Assembly: GCA_043825875.1 (NCBI GenBank)
Contig: JBDRRF010000097.1
Location: 1-52,263, forward strand
DNA: 52,263 nt
Source of the DNA: Pseudomonadota bacterium
Lineage (GTDB): Bacteria; Desulfobacterota; Desulfobacteria; Desulfobacterales; RPRI01
Direction of reading: 5' to 3'
The notes under the pieces were generated by a model. The model had not been told where the DNA came from. It saw only the letters and a list, made by a program, of their open reading frames with translations, and ran no database searches. Positions 37,836-48,021 of this stretch are shown piece by piece. The translations under genes were made by a program, and so were the position numbers. Numbering within the stretch: position 1 is the first letter of the stretch; each line of letters begins with the position of its first letter.

Positions 37836-38713
37836 GAGCGGTACAACATTTTATCTATCATAATATTCTTTATAAAAAAAGCTATCAAGAAAAGTCCGGC
37901 ACATATTAATAGCAAAATAATAGCAGCACCATACCCGGTTTGAAGTTCGTTAGAATTTCTGTACTGGGAAGATATGTAATAAATATAAAAAGGAAGGGCT
38001 TCATAACTTGTCATAAGTGATTTTGGAATCCCGGCAGTTGCAACTACTCCTGTTAACATAATAACGGCAGTATCTTCTGCACATCGGCCGATAGCAAGAA
38101 TCACACCACTTACAACTCCAGAAAGCGATCTTGGCAACAAGACATAAAGAATATTTTGCAAGTTATTTGCTCCAAGAGCCGGAGCTGTTAAACGCACATC
38201 ATCCTCAATGTTTTCTAAAGCAAATTGTGTAGTACGAATAATATATGGAAGAACCAGCATAGCAAGCGACATAGCTGAAATTAGTAGACATGGATAAAAT
38301 TCATTTATATAGCGATGCAGCAGGATGGATAAGGAAAAACCAAATAGCCCGATTACAATCGATGGAATGCCTGCTAAAATATCATAAAACAGACTAAAAA
38401 AAGATTTTGTTTTTTCCTTCCCATATTCAGCAAGATAAATTCCTGTAGCAATGCCAACCGGAGTTGCCATACCAACTGATAGAATAACCAATGATATAGT
38501 TCCAACTATAGCAGGGAACAAGCCGGAAAAGACCTGTCGCCGCAATAAAAGCGCATCTATAGGCGTAACATCACCGAAAATCAATGATATATTAAGCGCG
38601 CCCCATCCATTAATAAAAAGAAAAGATATTATAAGAAAAACCGAAGATATTAGCAGTAACCCGCTAAACCAGGCAAAACTTTTTATACTTATTTCTAAAA
38701 AACGTTGCTTCAC
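37832..38713 (-). CDS. pstA: Phosphate-type ABC permease PstA-like
   Basis: GIATGIYLAEY, LAGIPSIVIGLFG, GVILAIGR.AEDTA. Confidence 0.82.
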   Translation of the reverse strand: MKQRFLEISIKSFAWFSGLLLISSVFLIISFLFINGWGALNISLIFGDVTPIDALLLRRQVFSGLFPAIVGTISLVILSVGMATPVGIATGIYLAEYGKEKTKSFFSLFYDILAGIPSIVIGLFGFSLSILLHRYINEFYPCLLISAMSLAMLVLPYIIRTTQFALENIEDDVRLTAPALGANNLQNILYVLLPRSLSGVVSGVILAIGRCAEDTAVIMLTGVVATAGIPKSLMTSYEALPFYIYYISSQYRNSNELQTGYGAAIILLLICAGLFLIAFFIKNIMIDKMLYRS

Positions 38714-39567
38714 TTATCTTTTAAACTCTCTTTTCCAAGAAACCTTACAAGCACTATTAATAAAGTTATAAACAAATATAGAACAAGGCCACATGTAAAA
38801 ATAGACCTAAATTCATTACTGTCAAAATCAGCTGCAATTACTAGAGCAATATGTGAAGTCAATGTGCGGGCCGAATCAAATATACTATCTGGCACAGCCA
38901 CAGCATTACCAGCCAGCATTAAAGCAATTAATGTATCACCGATGGCTCTTCCAAGAGATAGTGTCAATCCGGACAGAATACCCCTCCAGGAACAGGGAAG
39001 AATCACATATATCAGCTTTTGAACTGCACTTCCGCCAAGAGCGTCAACAGCAGCAATATATGATGGTGGTATATTTTCAAACGATTCGGTAAAAATAATA
39101 ATCATTGTCGGCGATATAACCATTGCCAGCATTATAGAGGCGGAAAGGATATTCATGCCGGTTCCGGCTTCAAACATTTCCCTGACAAAGGGCACCAGAA
39201 GAAACACACCAACAAACCCATAGATTACAGTTGGAATACCTGTCATTATTTGGATTACTTTTTTAAAGAATTTTGAGAACGCTGGAGGGGCAATAACCGA
39301 AATTAGCGCTGAAGAGCCGAGGCTTATAGGAAAGGCCCAGCACAAACTTAATAATACAATTGAAATCGTGCCTATCAGCATCGGATAAATGCCAAAAACA
39401 CCTTTGCCCGGATTCCACGGGCTTACAAGTAGGTTGAAAAAGAACCCGCCTTTAAATAAAGGCAGGCCCAGAATCATCATAAAAACAAAAACCATAGTTG
39501 TTAAAGCTGCGCAGAAAACCGCAGCAACAAAAAAACTTTTTTCTATCAGTTTTTCTGATTTATTCAC
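38710..39567 (-). CDS. pstC: Phosphate-type ABC permease PstC-like
   Basis: W.P...FGI.PM..GT, GIPTVIYGF, LGRAIGDT, RTLTSHIA. Confidence 0.82.
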   Translation of the reverse strand: MNKSEKLIEKSFFVAAVFCAALTTMVFVFMMILGLPLFKGGFFFNLLVSPWNPGKGVFGIYPMLIGTISIVLLSLCWAFPISLGSSALISVIAPPAFSKFFKKVIQIMTGIPTVIYGFVGVFLLVPFVREMFEAGTGMNILSASIMLAMVISPTMIIIFTESFENIPPSYIAAVDALGGSAVQKLIYVILPCSWRGILSGLTLSLGRAIGDTLIALMLAGNAVAVPDSIFDSARTLTSHIALVIAADFDSNEFRSIFTCGLVLYLFITLLIVLVRFLGKESLKDK

Positions 39568-40409
39568 TTTACCGCGATAAAACCATGTTTCACAGCAATT
39601 TGTTGACCTTCCGGGCTAAACAGATATTCTATAAACTTTTTTACAAGCCCATGTGGTTCTCCCTTGGTATTACTGTAAAGACCGCGGGCAATCTTATAAG
39701 ATCCGTTTTTTACATTTTCATTATTAGGTAAAACACTATCCAGGCTTACCGGTAAAACAGTTTCATCAATATGACCAACAGAAACATAACCAATGCCATA
39801 CGGGTCATTTGCTACAGCAGATTTCATAGCACCGTTTGAAACAACAAAATTAGCTTTCTTTGTGATTTCGGCCTTATTCAGTCCTTTTTTCCAGAAAACT
39901 TCACGTGTGCCGCTTGAATTGTCTCTGGTATAAACATTTATCTGCTTATCAATGCCACCAACGGCTTTCCAAGTATCTATTTTTCCTGAAAAAATATCAA
40001 CAAGTTGTTGGCTTGTTAAGCTATTGACCTTGTTTTCAGGATTCACGACCACGCCAACACCGTCAATGGCCCATTTAAACATTTTCAGGTTATATTTTCT
40101 TATTTCCTCCTCTTTTGGCTTTCTTCCGGAATTACCTATATCAACCAAACCTTCTCCAACCTGTTTAATACCGACCCCTGATCCTCCACCGGCAATACTG
40201 ATATTAATATCATTATTATGGGTTATGATTTTTTCGGCAACATCTTTCATTACAGGAATATGGGCGGTCCCCCCTGATATTTTTATGTCTCCCTTTTCTC
40301 CATTAAATATATCAAGAGCCCCGGCCCAGGAAAAAGATGCCATACAAAAAACAAGCAACACCAAGAACCCTATTAGATATAACTTATGCCCTATTTTATT
40401 ATTTACCAT
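39564..40409 (-). CDS. pstS: Phosphate-type ABC substrate-binding protein
   Basis: GGGSGVGI, DIGNS.R, IFSGKI.TW..VGG, R..SSGTR, GIGYVS. Confidence 0.82.
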   Translation of the reverse strand: MVNNKIGHKLYLIGFLVLLVFCMASFSWAGALDIFNGEKGDIKISGGTAHIPVMKDVAEKIITHNNDINISIAGGGSGVGIKQVGEGLVDIGNSGRKPKEEEIRKYNLKMFKWAIDGVGVVVNPENKVNSLTSQQLVDIFSGKIDTWKAVGGIDKQINVYTRDNSSGTREVFWKKGLNKAEITKKANFVVSNGAMKSAVANDPYGIGYVSVGHIDETVLPVSLDSVLPNNENVKNGSYKIARGLYSNTKGEPHGLVKKFIEYLFSPEGQQIAVKHGFIAVK

Positions 40410-40719
40410 ATTTTTCTCCTTTTTTGGAATCCTCTTTTCATGTGCATCTTAAAATCAAATTTTATGTTGCTGGACGGCTTAGAAACTCATCAAATTTTTT
40501 TTATTTAGTATCATACGATAAAAATGCGCGTCCAATTGAAAATTATAATATTGCATTAATATTGAATAGAAATAATCAATAATCCCATACAGTTTACGTA
40601 CATTTGATTTAAGAAGGATAAAATCTGTTGACTTTTTTTAATTAAAAAAGCAGATATCTTTGATAATTGGAGATAATTTAAGCTGTTTAACTTAATAAAA
40701 TTATTATTTTGGAGTAATC

Positions 40720-41379
40720 ATGAAATTAATAGCGCCATCTATATTATCGGCAGATTTTTCTAAACTTGGGGAAGAAATACAATCGGTTGAAAAAGCCGGG
40801 GCAGACTGGATTCATGTTGATGTAATGGACGGACATTTTGTCCCGAATTTAACTATGGGCGCTCTTGTAGTCGAAGCTGTAAAACCAATTACATCACTTC
40901 CCGTAGATGTACATCTCATGATAGAAAATGCAGATAGATTTATCCCGGATTTTGCAAAAGCCGGCGCTTCTTTTATTTCTGTACAAGCTGAGGCCTGTAC
41001 ACATTTAAACAGAACCGTTCAACTTATAAGAGAACATGGTGCAAAACCCGGAGTAGCCTTAAACCCGTCTACTCCCATTTCAGCTATTGAATGGGTACTC
41101 GAATATCTTGATTTTGTACTAATTATGAGTGTTAATCCCGGTTTTGGGGGGCAGGCTTTTATAAAAAACAGTCTTGTGAAAATAAAAACGCTTTCAGATA
41201 TTATTAAAGAAAAAGGGCTTTCTACTCTTATTCAGGTTGATGGTGGAATAAACAAAGAGACAATCGCTGAAGTATCTGCCGCAGGGGCTGATGTGTTTGT
41301 AGCAGGTTCAGCTATTTTTGGCAGCAAAAACTACGGGGAAACAATCACTGCATTCAAAAAAATATTAAAACCTTCTTAG
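40720..41379 (+). CDS. rpe: Ribulose-phosphate 3-epimerase
   Basis: IAPSILSADF, HVDVMDGHFVPN, MSVNPGFGGQ, VDGG, AGSAIF. Confidence 0.97.
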   Translation: MKLIAPSILSADFSKLGEEIQSVEKAGADWIHVDVMDGHFVPNLTMGALVVEAVKPITSLPVDVHLMIENADRFIPDFAKAGASFISVQAEACTHLNRTVQLIREHGAKPGVALNPSTPISAIEWVLEYLDFVLIMSVNPGFGGQAFIKNSLVKIKTLSDIIKEKGLSTLIQVDGGINKETIAEVSAAGADVFVAGSAIFGSKNYGETITAFKKILKPS

Positions 41380-41461
41380 AAAATAATTTGCTTCTCGAAC
41401 ATTACGCAGGATATACAAAAAAAAGAAATACGACAAAACGTTTTAAGTTTATAAAAAGTTA

Positions 41462-42451
41462 TCAGAAGCACCATCTCAACACTGTTCCTCCCCATGTAAT
41501 ACCAGCACCAAAGGTAATTAACAGCACATAATCATCTTTTTTTATAAGCCCCTTCCTGTTTGCTTCATCTAGAGCAAGCGGTATGGAAGCAGCAGATGTA
41601 TTCCCATATCGATCTACGTTTACATAAATTTTTTCAGAAGGAATATCCAGGTTTTGTGCTGTTGCCTGAATAATACGTAAATTTGCCTGGTGCGGCACCA
41701 GAATTGCTATGTCTTCAGCTGAAAGGCTGTTATGCTTCAAAGCTTGTTTTGCTATATCTGTAAGAGATTTAACCGCCTTTTTGAAAAGCCGGTTACCATC
41801 CATAACCAAGTAACTTGATTTAGGCTTAAGCCCTTCAAGGCATTCGGGTATATAAGTATTCCCTTCCTTGCTATATAACAACTCCCACAGAGTACCATCC
41901 GATCTAAGATGGCTTGAAAGGATGCCTTTTTCCTTTTCACTTGCTTTAACTATTACAGCACCTGCCCCATCTCCCAGAAGAATGCAAGTCCCCCTATCTT
42001 TCCAGTTAAGAATAGTAGAAATCCTATCGACTCCTATTGCAAGAACCGTTTTGCATGCACCTGAACGAATAGCATTTTCTGCTACTGTTAAAGCATATAA
42101 AAATCCGGAACAACCGGCAGAAACATCAAATGCGGCAGCATTTTTGGCGCCTATAATTTGTTGTACCATACAACCGGCAGAAGGAACTAGTCTATCAGCT
42201 GTAACCGTGCCTACAACGATCATATCCAATTCTTCGGGAGAAACTTTTGCCATTTCCAAAGCTTTTTTTGAAGCCAGCGAGGCCAGATCTGCGGTACCTT
42301 CTCCGTTTTTCAAAGATATTCTACGTTCCTTAATCCCTGTCCGACGAATAATCCACTCATCTGAAGTCTCTACAAACTCACCAATATCATCATTTAATAG
42401 AGCTTTCTCAGGAAATGCGGATCCTGTTCCTATTATACATGCATTAAACAT
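41462..42451 (-). CDS. fabH: 3-oxoacyl-ACP synthase III
   Basis: TSDEWI..RTGI.ERR, AGCSGF, GDGAGA, PHQAN.RI, GNTSAAS. Confidence 0.95.
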   Translation of the reverse strand: MFNACIIGTGSAFPEKALLNDDIGEFVETSDEWIIRRTGIKERRISLKNGEGTADLASLASKKALEMAKVSPEELDMIVVGTVTADRLVPSAGCMVQQIIGAKNAAAFDVSAGCSGFLYALTVAENAIRSGACKTVLAIGVDRISTILNWKDRGTCILLGDGAGAVIVKASEKEKGILSSHLRSDGTLWELLYSKEGNTYIPECLEGLKPKSSYLVMDGNRLFKKAVKSLTDIAKQALKHNSLSAEDIAILVPHQANLRIIQATAQNLDIPSEKIYVNVDRYGNTSAASIPLALDEANRKGLIKKDDYVLLITFGAGITWGGTVLRWCF

Positions 42452-42626
42452 ATATTTATAATTACCCCTATAAAAAATGTTACAATTCTTGAAGAAATTG
42501 CTATAATAAATGATGCAATTCTTAGGCTAAACGCTTTATGCTGTCAACAGCAATATGTATTTTTAAGTTTTTTTACTACGGTATTATCTTCTTTTGATAA
42601 TATGATTTACAGATCAGGAGAAAGCC

Positions 42627-43457
42627 ATGTGGGAATATACGGATAAAGTTAAAGATCACTTTTTAAACCCCAGAAATGTAGGGGTTATTGAAAAACCTGA
42701 TGGAGTGGGAGAAGTTGGGTCCCTTGCCTGTGGAGACGCATTAAAGCTATACTTCAAGCTCGATGAAAAAAGCAAAATACAGGATGCAAAATTCCAGACT
42801 TTCGGATGTGCTAGCGCAATAGCATCCTCTTCTGCACTTACAGAAATGATAATAGGAAAAACCCTTGCGGAAGTATCAAAGATTACAAATGAGGATATTG
42901 CATCTTATCTCGGAGAACTTCCCAAGGAAAAAATGCATTGCTCCGTGATGGGGCGTGACGCCCTTGAAAAAGCTATAGCATTCTACCGGGGTGAAAAAGA
43001 AAAAAAGGTGGAAGGTGAAATTGTATGCGAATGCTTTGGAGTTACCGATATAGAAATAAGGCGCGCTGTTACCGAAAACAACCTTTCAACAATTGAAGAT
43101 GTAACTGATTATATAAAAGCCGGTGGGGGCTGTGGCAAATGCCATGAAAAAATCCAGGAAATTATAGACACTGCTTATGATAAAATTAAACCTGTTAAGA
43201 AAAAAGCGGTGAAATTGACAAATATACAGAAAATAAAATTAATCGAAGAAACTATGGAAAGAGAGATAAAACCCGTCCTTAAAAAAGATGGTGGAAATAT
43301 AGAGCTGATAGATGTTGATGGAAACAGGGTTCTTGTAAAATTGCGCGGTACTTGTGCTTCATGCAACAAATCTCAGATTACTCTCAAACACTATGTTGAA
43401 TCAAAATTAAGAGAACTTGTATCCCCGGATCTTATCGTTGAGGAGAAAAATCAATGA
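42627..43457 (+). CDS. nifU: Fe-S cluster scaffold NifU (three-domain)
   Basis: ACGD, FGCASA, MHCS, CECF..GGGCGKC, DGG.IEL..GTCASC. Confidence 0.95.
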   Translation: MWEYTDKVKDHFLNPRNVGVIEKPDGVGEVGSLACGDALKLYFKLDEKSKIQDAKFQTFGCASAIASSSALTEMIIGKTLAEVSKITNEDIASYLGELPKEKMHCSVMGRDALEKAIAFYRGEKEKKVEGEIVCECFGVTDIEIRRAVTENNLSTIEDVTDYIKAGGGCGKCHEKIQEIIDTAYDKIKPVKKKAVKLTNIQKIKLIEETMEREIKPVLKKDGGNIELIDVDGNRVLVKLRGTCASCNKSQITLKHYVESKLRELVSPDLIVEEKNQ

Positions 43458-44620
43458 CACCTTTATATGTTGATAACAATGCAACAACGCGTGTTGCGCC
43501 GGAAGTTCTTGAAGAAATGCTTCCATATTACACAGAAAGTTATGGCAACCCTTCCAGTATGCACTCTTTCGGGGGAAATGTAGCAAGAGAAATTAAAAAA
43601 GCCCGTGAAAAAGTTGCAGGTTTTATGGGAGCTTCTCCCACAGAAATAGTATTTACAAGCTGCGGTACCGAAAGTGACAACACAGCCATTCGGGCTGTTC
43701 TTCTTTCAAATCCCGACAAGAAACACATTATTACAAGCAGGGTTGAACATCCCGCCATTAAAAATCTATTTGAAAACCTGGCCAAAACCGGTTTTCGGGT
43801 TACGTTTGTACCTGTAGACAGCAAAGGCCTTCTCGATCTTGAATATTTATACCAACATCTTGACGATGATACTGCGCTGGTCAGCATTATGTGGGCAAAT
43901 AATGAAACTGGTGTGGTTTTTCCTATAGAAGAGATCGCACAAACCGTTAAGGAAAAGGGCATTGTTTTTCATACGGATGCCGTGCAGGCTATGGGAAAAG
44001 TACCTGTGGATATGAATACCGTACCTGTGGATATGCTTTCTTTGTCCGGACACAAAATTCATGCGCCTAAAGGAGTGGGTGCCCTTTATATAAGAAAAGG
44101 CACTAAATTTTCTCCTTTTCTAATCGGTGGGCATCAGGAAAATGGCCGCAGGGCCGGAACCGAAAACGTTGCATCAATTATCGGCCTTGGAAAAGCGTGT
44201 GAAATGGCTCTTTATAATCTTGATGAAATCGGAACCCGAGTAAAAAAGCTAAGAGACAAACTTGAAGATTCTTTAATTAAAGCTGTTCCCAACAGTATTT
44301 TAAATGGAGACAAAGACAAACGTTTGCCTAACACAACAAGCATAGGGTTTGAATTTGTGGAAGGAGAAGCTATCCTTTTAATGATGAACGAGTTTGGTAT
44401 CTGTGCATCATCAGGTTCCGCATGCACTTCGGGCTCTCTGGAACCTTCCCATGTTTTGCGTGCTATGGGGGTTCCCTTTACTTCAGCTCACGGGTCAATA
44501 CGATTCAGTCTGAGTATATATAATACCGAAGAGGAAATGGATTTCATCATCGAAAAAGTTCCACCTATTATTAAAAAGCTAAGAGAATTATCTCCTTTCT
44601 GGGAGCAGAATAAATGTTGA
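43454..44620 (+). CDS. nifS: Cysteine desulfurase NifS
   Basis: DNNATT, GNPSS, HTDAVQ, SGHK, SSGSACTS. Confidence 0.96.
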   Translation: MTPLYVDNNATTRVAPEVLEEMLPYYTESYGNPSSMHSFGGNVAREIKKAREKVAGFMGASPTEIVFTSCGTESDNTAIRAVLLSNPDKKHIITSRVEHPAIKNLFENLAKTGFRVTFVPVDSKGLLDLEYLYQHLDDDTALVSIMWANNETGVVFPIEEIAQTVKEKGIVFHTDAVQAMGKVPVDMNTVPVDMLSLSGHKIHAPKGVGALYIRKGTKFSPFLIGGHQENGRRAGTENVASIIGLGKACEMALYNLDEIGTRVKKLRDKLEDSLIKAVPNSILNGDKDKRLPNTTSIGFEFVEGEAILLMMNEFGICASSGSACTSGSLEPSHVLRAMGVPFTSAHGSIRFSLSIYNTEEEMDFIIEKVPPIIKKLRELSPFWEQNKC

Positions 44621-44744
44621 TTACAAGTTGTTTGATATTAAGTTTATAGAGTATTTGTCTATAAACTACCACTTGCGGCTTTCTTTAAAAACCCAAGTCG
44701 TTTCAGTGTTACTTAACAAAAAGCCTCCGAAAACAAAAAACATC

Positions 44745-44789
44745 TTGACTTATTTTTAAGTATAGCTAAAATTAAGTCGTATTTTAGCT
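44745..44789 (+). promoter_or_regulatory. Candidate sigma70 promoter with overlapping operator palindrome
   Basis: TTGACT-16 nt-TAAAAT; perfect inverted repeat AGCTAAAAT-N8-ATTTTAGCT (44764-44789) over the -10. Confidence 0.55.
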
Positions 44790-44813
44790 GCTTTTTAGAA
44801 AATTTTTTAGATT

Positions 44814-44897
44814 GCCGTACAATGGCGTACGGCTGCAATATATAATCATAAGTAGACAAAGGCGTCTATTCCCTATCATGGGAAAGATGCCTTTTTT
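44814..44897 (+). ncRNA. ANTAR-target dual-hairpin leader RNA with overlapping intrinsic terminator
   Basis: GCCGTAC-AATGGC-GTACGGC and TAGAC-AAAGGC-GTCTA (hexaloops with A1/G4); the second hairpin overlaps terminator AAAGGCGTCTATTCCC/GGGAAAGATGCCTTT plus a T-tract. Confidence 0.85.
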
Positions 44898-44983
44898 GTT
44901 TTTTAAGATAGCATAAAATATAATATTCATCCCTTTTGTTGCTATCTGATAATTTATTACTGAATCATATAAGGAGATTAAAA

Positions 44984-46636
44984 ATGAGATTTGAAAAAAG
45001 CAACGATGTTCTTGGAACCACAAACCGGGGCAATCCTGCCGAATCCAGCCTTTGCACACTATGCAGAGCAGATTGTATGGGAAGATGTGAAACCTGGTTA
45101 TCAAGCTTGGTAGGACGTAAACTGCTCTATCCAAGAAGTTATGGTATTGTTACTGCCGGCGCAAACAATACCACTCATGTGGGAGTTTCTTATAATTCTC
45201 TAAGAATTCAGGGCTATGCATATGGTGCTAATGGTCTTAGCGAAGGCCTTACCAATAATCCGGATGACTGTATTTTTCCAAACGTAAGCCTTGAAACAGA
45301 ATTTGGAAGTGAAGTAAAAACCAAAATAAAAATGCCCCTTATGACCGGTGCATTAGGCTCAACTTTTGTTGCTGCAAAATATTGGGATTCATTTGCAATA
45401 GGCGGCTCGCTGGTCGGTATTCCTGTTGTAATCGGTGAAAATGTTGTTGGTGTTGATCAGGAATCAAAAATTAAACCAGGCGAAACCAAAAAAGGTAAGA
45501 TTGAGATTTCTCCCGAACTTGATAGGCGTATTGATACTTATTTACGATATTACAATGGCTATGGTGCTATAATTGTACAGCTTAATGTTGAAGACACCAG
45601 AAATGGGGTTGCTGAATATGTTGTAGATAAATACGGCGAAAAATGCATTATTGAATTAAAATGGGGCCAAGGTGCTAAAGATATCGGCGGTGAAATTCAG
45701 GTAACAAGTCTTGATTATGCCCTTTTTCTGAAAAACCGCGGATATGTCGTTGATCCTGACCCAACTAAACCTGAAGTTAAAGCTGCTTTTAAAGAAGGCT
45801 CCATCAAATCTTTTGCCCGTCACAGCCGTTTGGGCGGAACCAATCTGGATTCTGTCGGACAGGTACGTGAAGATTTTATGAACAGCGTTAAATATCTCAG
45901 AAGCATAGGTTTTAAAAGAATTACCTTAAAAACCGGATCTTATGGTATGGAAGAGCTTGCAATGTCTATCAAATTTGCAACAGATGCCAAACTTGATCTT
46001 CTTACCATAGACGGTTCCGGTGGGGGAACCGGCATGAGTCCTTGGAATATGATGCAAAGCTGGGGCGTACCTTCTATAAACCTTCATTCAAAAGCATATG
46101 AATATGCCAGTATCCTGGCTGCTAAAGGACAAAAAGTTGTTGATCTGTCTTTTGCCGGTGGTTTTGCTCTTGAAGACCATATATTTAAAGCTCTTGCTCT
46201 TGGTGCACCCTTCACAAAGCTTGTTTGTATGGGAAGGGCTATCATGATTCCTGGATTTGTAGGCTCCAATATAGAAGGGGCAATAGATCCTGATAAAAAG
46301 GCTACAGTTAATGGCCACTGGTCCGAATTGCCAAAAACCGTTAGGGAAGTCGGAAGCAGCGCAAAAGAAATTTTTGCATCCTATTTTGATGTTGAAAAAT
46401 TAGTTGGTAAGGATGAAATTAAAAACATTCCTTATGGTGCGATTGCTTTCTATACATTAGCAGATAAACTTTCTTGTGGTTTACAGCAGCTTATGGCTGG
46501 CGCAAGAAAATTTTCAACAAATAATATTTCCCGCTCAGATCTTATGTCCGGAAACAGAGAAACTGCCAAAGAAACCGGTATACCTCATGTTGCTGACGTA
46601 AATGACGAAGGTGCAAAGAAAATACTTAATACCTAA
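44984..46636 (+). CDS. FMN-binding glutamate synthase family protein
   Basis: CTLCRADC..CE, IELKWGQGAKDIGGE, TIDG.GGGTG, FAGG..KALALGAP; start 44984 with AAGGAG RBS. Confidence 0.9.
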   Translation: MRFEKSNDVLGTTNRGNPAESSLCTLCRADCMGRCETWLSSLVGRKLLYPRSYGIVTAGANNTTHVGVSYNSLRIQGYAYGANGLSEGLTNNPDDCIFPNVSLETEFGSEVKTKIKMPLMTGALGSTFVAAKYWDSFAIGGSLVGIPVVIGENVVGVDQESKIKPGETKKGKIEISPELDRRIDTYLRYYNGYGAIIVQLNVEDTRNGVAEYVVDKYGEKCIIELKWGQGAKDIGGEIQVTSLDYALFLKNRGYVVDPDPTKPEVKAAFKEGSIKSFARHSRLGGTNLDSVGQVREDFMNSVKYLRSIGFKRITLKTGSYGMEELAMSIKFATDAKLDLLTIDGSGGGTGMSPWNMMQSWGVPSINLHSKAYEYASILAAKGQKVVDLSFAGGFALEDHIFKALALGAPFTKLVCMGRAIMIPGFVGSNIEGAIDPDKKATVNGHWSELPKTVREVGSSAKEIFASYFDVEKLVGKDEIKNIPYGAIAFYTLADKLSCGLQQLMAGARKFSTNNISRSDLMSGNRETAKETGIPHVADVNDEGAKKILNT

Positions 46637-46660
46637 GCTATAAGCTATTATAAATTAGAC

Positions 46661-46697
46661 AAAAAAGGTTCTTAAATATTATTTAAGGGCCTTTTTT
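46661..46697. terminator. Bidirectional intrinsic terminator
   Basis: AAAAAAGGTTCTTAAAT...ATTTAAGGGCCTTTTTT between convergent genes. Confidence 0.8.
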
Positions 46698-46702
46698 ATT
46701 AT

Positions 46703-48004
46703 CTATTTTATATTTATCCAGAGAAGAGCGGCTGTTTCGGTATCGGGATTTTTCCATTGGGTGGGAACTTCTGTTGTAAGGTATATAAGATCACCTGTTT
46801 TTGCGGTATGTACTTTGTTTTTTATTTTAAATTGAAGCCTGCCTGATAATAAATAGCCGATTTCTTCTCCTTTATAGTTAAAAAAATGTGCGGGTATGCT
46901 CGCTTTAGGGGGTATATTGATAAGATATGGTTTTGCTTTGGAATCAAAGTCCACAGGCATTATTGCCTTGCCGGTAATTATACCTTTGGATAGATTGGAA
47001 ATTTGAATATCGGCTGCTTTTGATGATGTAAAAACCACCCGTTCAGAGGTATTTTCTTTTTCTCCGAAAAAAGAACTGACCTTAACAGTAAGTATTTCGG
47101 CCATTTTGATAAGAGCTGGAAACGACGGGTATATTTGGTTGCTTTCAATCTGAGATATAGTACTTGAAGTTACACCTACTAGTTTTGCAAGTTCTGTCTG
47201 AGAAAATCCCTTTTTGGAACGGATTTCTTTTAGATGAGATCCAAGATCAAGATGAGCCTGTGTGTTTTTTTCAAAATCAAAGTTAATATCAAGGCCTTTA
47301 TTCCAATAACAAAAAAGTTTATTAAATATTTTTATATCTCTTTTTTCGGCTTTAATAACCGAAAGAAACGTTTTTCCCCGCTTTACAGAAAGGTCAATAG
47401 CAACCTGGGCTATTTTGTTTATATTAGCTTTTAAGCGCTGGGAATGGGCTTCCTTTTCTATAACCCAATATGCTACAGTGTTTAATTCATAAAGCCGGGG
47501 GCAGGAATGCGAATAAAATTTCTGGATTTGATCTTCTCCTCCCCACAATTCTTGCATTCCCGTAAGACTGTCAAAGATAAAACGTACATCACCTTTCATT
47601 GTTTTATGAAGACCATAAAAAGCCCCGGTCACATGATCTGCATTCCGCGGTTCATCAATTGTTATAATTTTACAGGCTCTTTTGGATTCATCTTCTTCAT
47701 AAAATTTAAGAAATATTTCTGCCCCTTCTCCTTTTCCATATGTAAAACAATCAAGTATTGTTAACTTATCATAATCTGCCAGAGTGCCCAACCGCTCCAT
47801 AAGAGTTTTAATTGAATGATCAAAGTTAATATAAATGATTGATTTTTTATTGGCTTGAGATGATTTTATGAAGTTGAGATAAAATACAGGGGCCAAGCTT
47901 CCTGCGTTGTCGTACCAAACAACGTTGTCTCCGATTCGCAATCCGCCAAGAAGCTGGTCAAGTTGTTTCACACCGGATTCTACCAGTGGTTTTTCTGTTA
48001 TCAT
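46703..48004 (-). CDS. KaiC/RecA-like domain + XRE HTH + cupin fusion regulator
   Basis: SGVKQLDQLLGGL..GDNV, FIFDSLT, LKEIR.KKGFSQTELAK.VGVT.STISQIE.N, GEEIGYLL.G; start 48004 or 48028. Confidence 0.85.
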   Translation of the reverse strand: MITEKPLVESGVKQLDQLLGGLRIGDNVVWYDNAGSLAPVFYLNFIKSSQANKKSIIYINFDHSIKTLMERLGTLADYDKLTILDCFTYGKGEGAEIFLKFYEEDESKRACKIITIDEPRNADHVTGAFYGLHKTMKGDVRFIFDSLTGMQELWGGEDQIQKFYSHSCPRLYELNTVAYWVIEKEAHSQRLKANINKIAQVAIDLSVKRGKTFLSVIKAEKRDIKIFNKLFCYWNKGLDINFDFEKNTQAHLDLGSHLKEIRSKKGFSQTELAKLVGVTSSTISQIESNQIYPSFPALIKMAEILTVKVSSFFGEKENTSERVVFTSSKAADIQISNLSKGIITGKAIMPVDFDSKAKPYLINIPPKASIPAHFFNYKGEEIGYLLSGRLQFKIKNKVHTAKTGDLIYLTTEVPTQWKNPDTETAALLWINIK

Positions 48005-48021
48005 GAACTTATTATCTTTAT

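Noticed and set aside
40440..40500. Possible riboswitch before pstS (GATGAGTTTCTAAGCCGTCCAGC on the minus strand)
   Set aside because: Could not fold it into any riboswitch class I recognise; needs an Rfam scan.
44000..44036. 15-bp direct repeat GTACCTGTGGATATG in nifS
   Set aside because: In frame (VPVDM twice) with apparently normal protein length; no functional implication evident.
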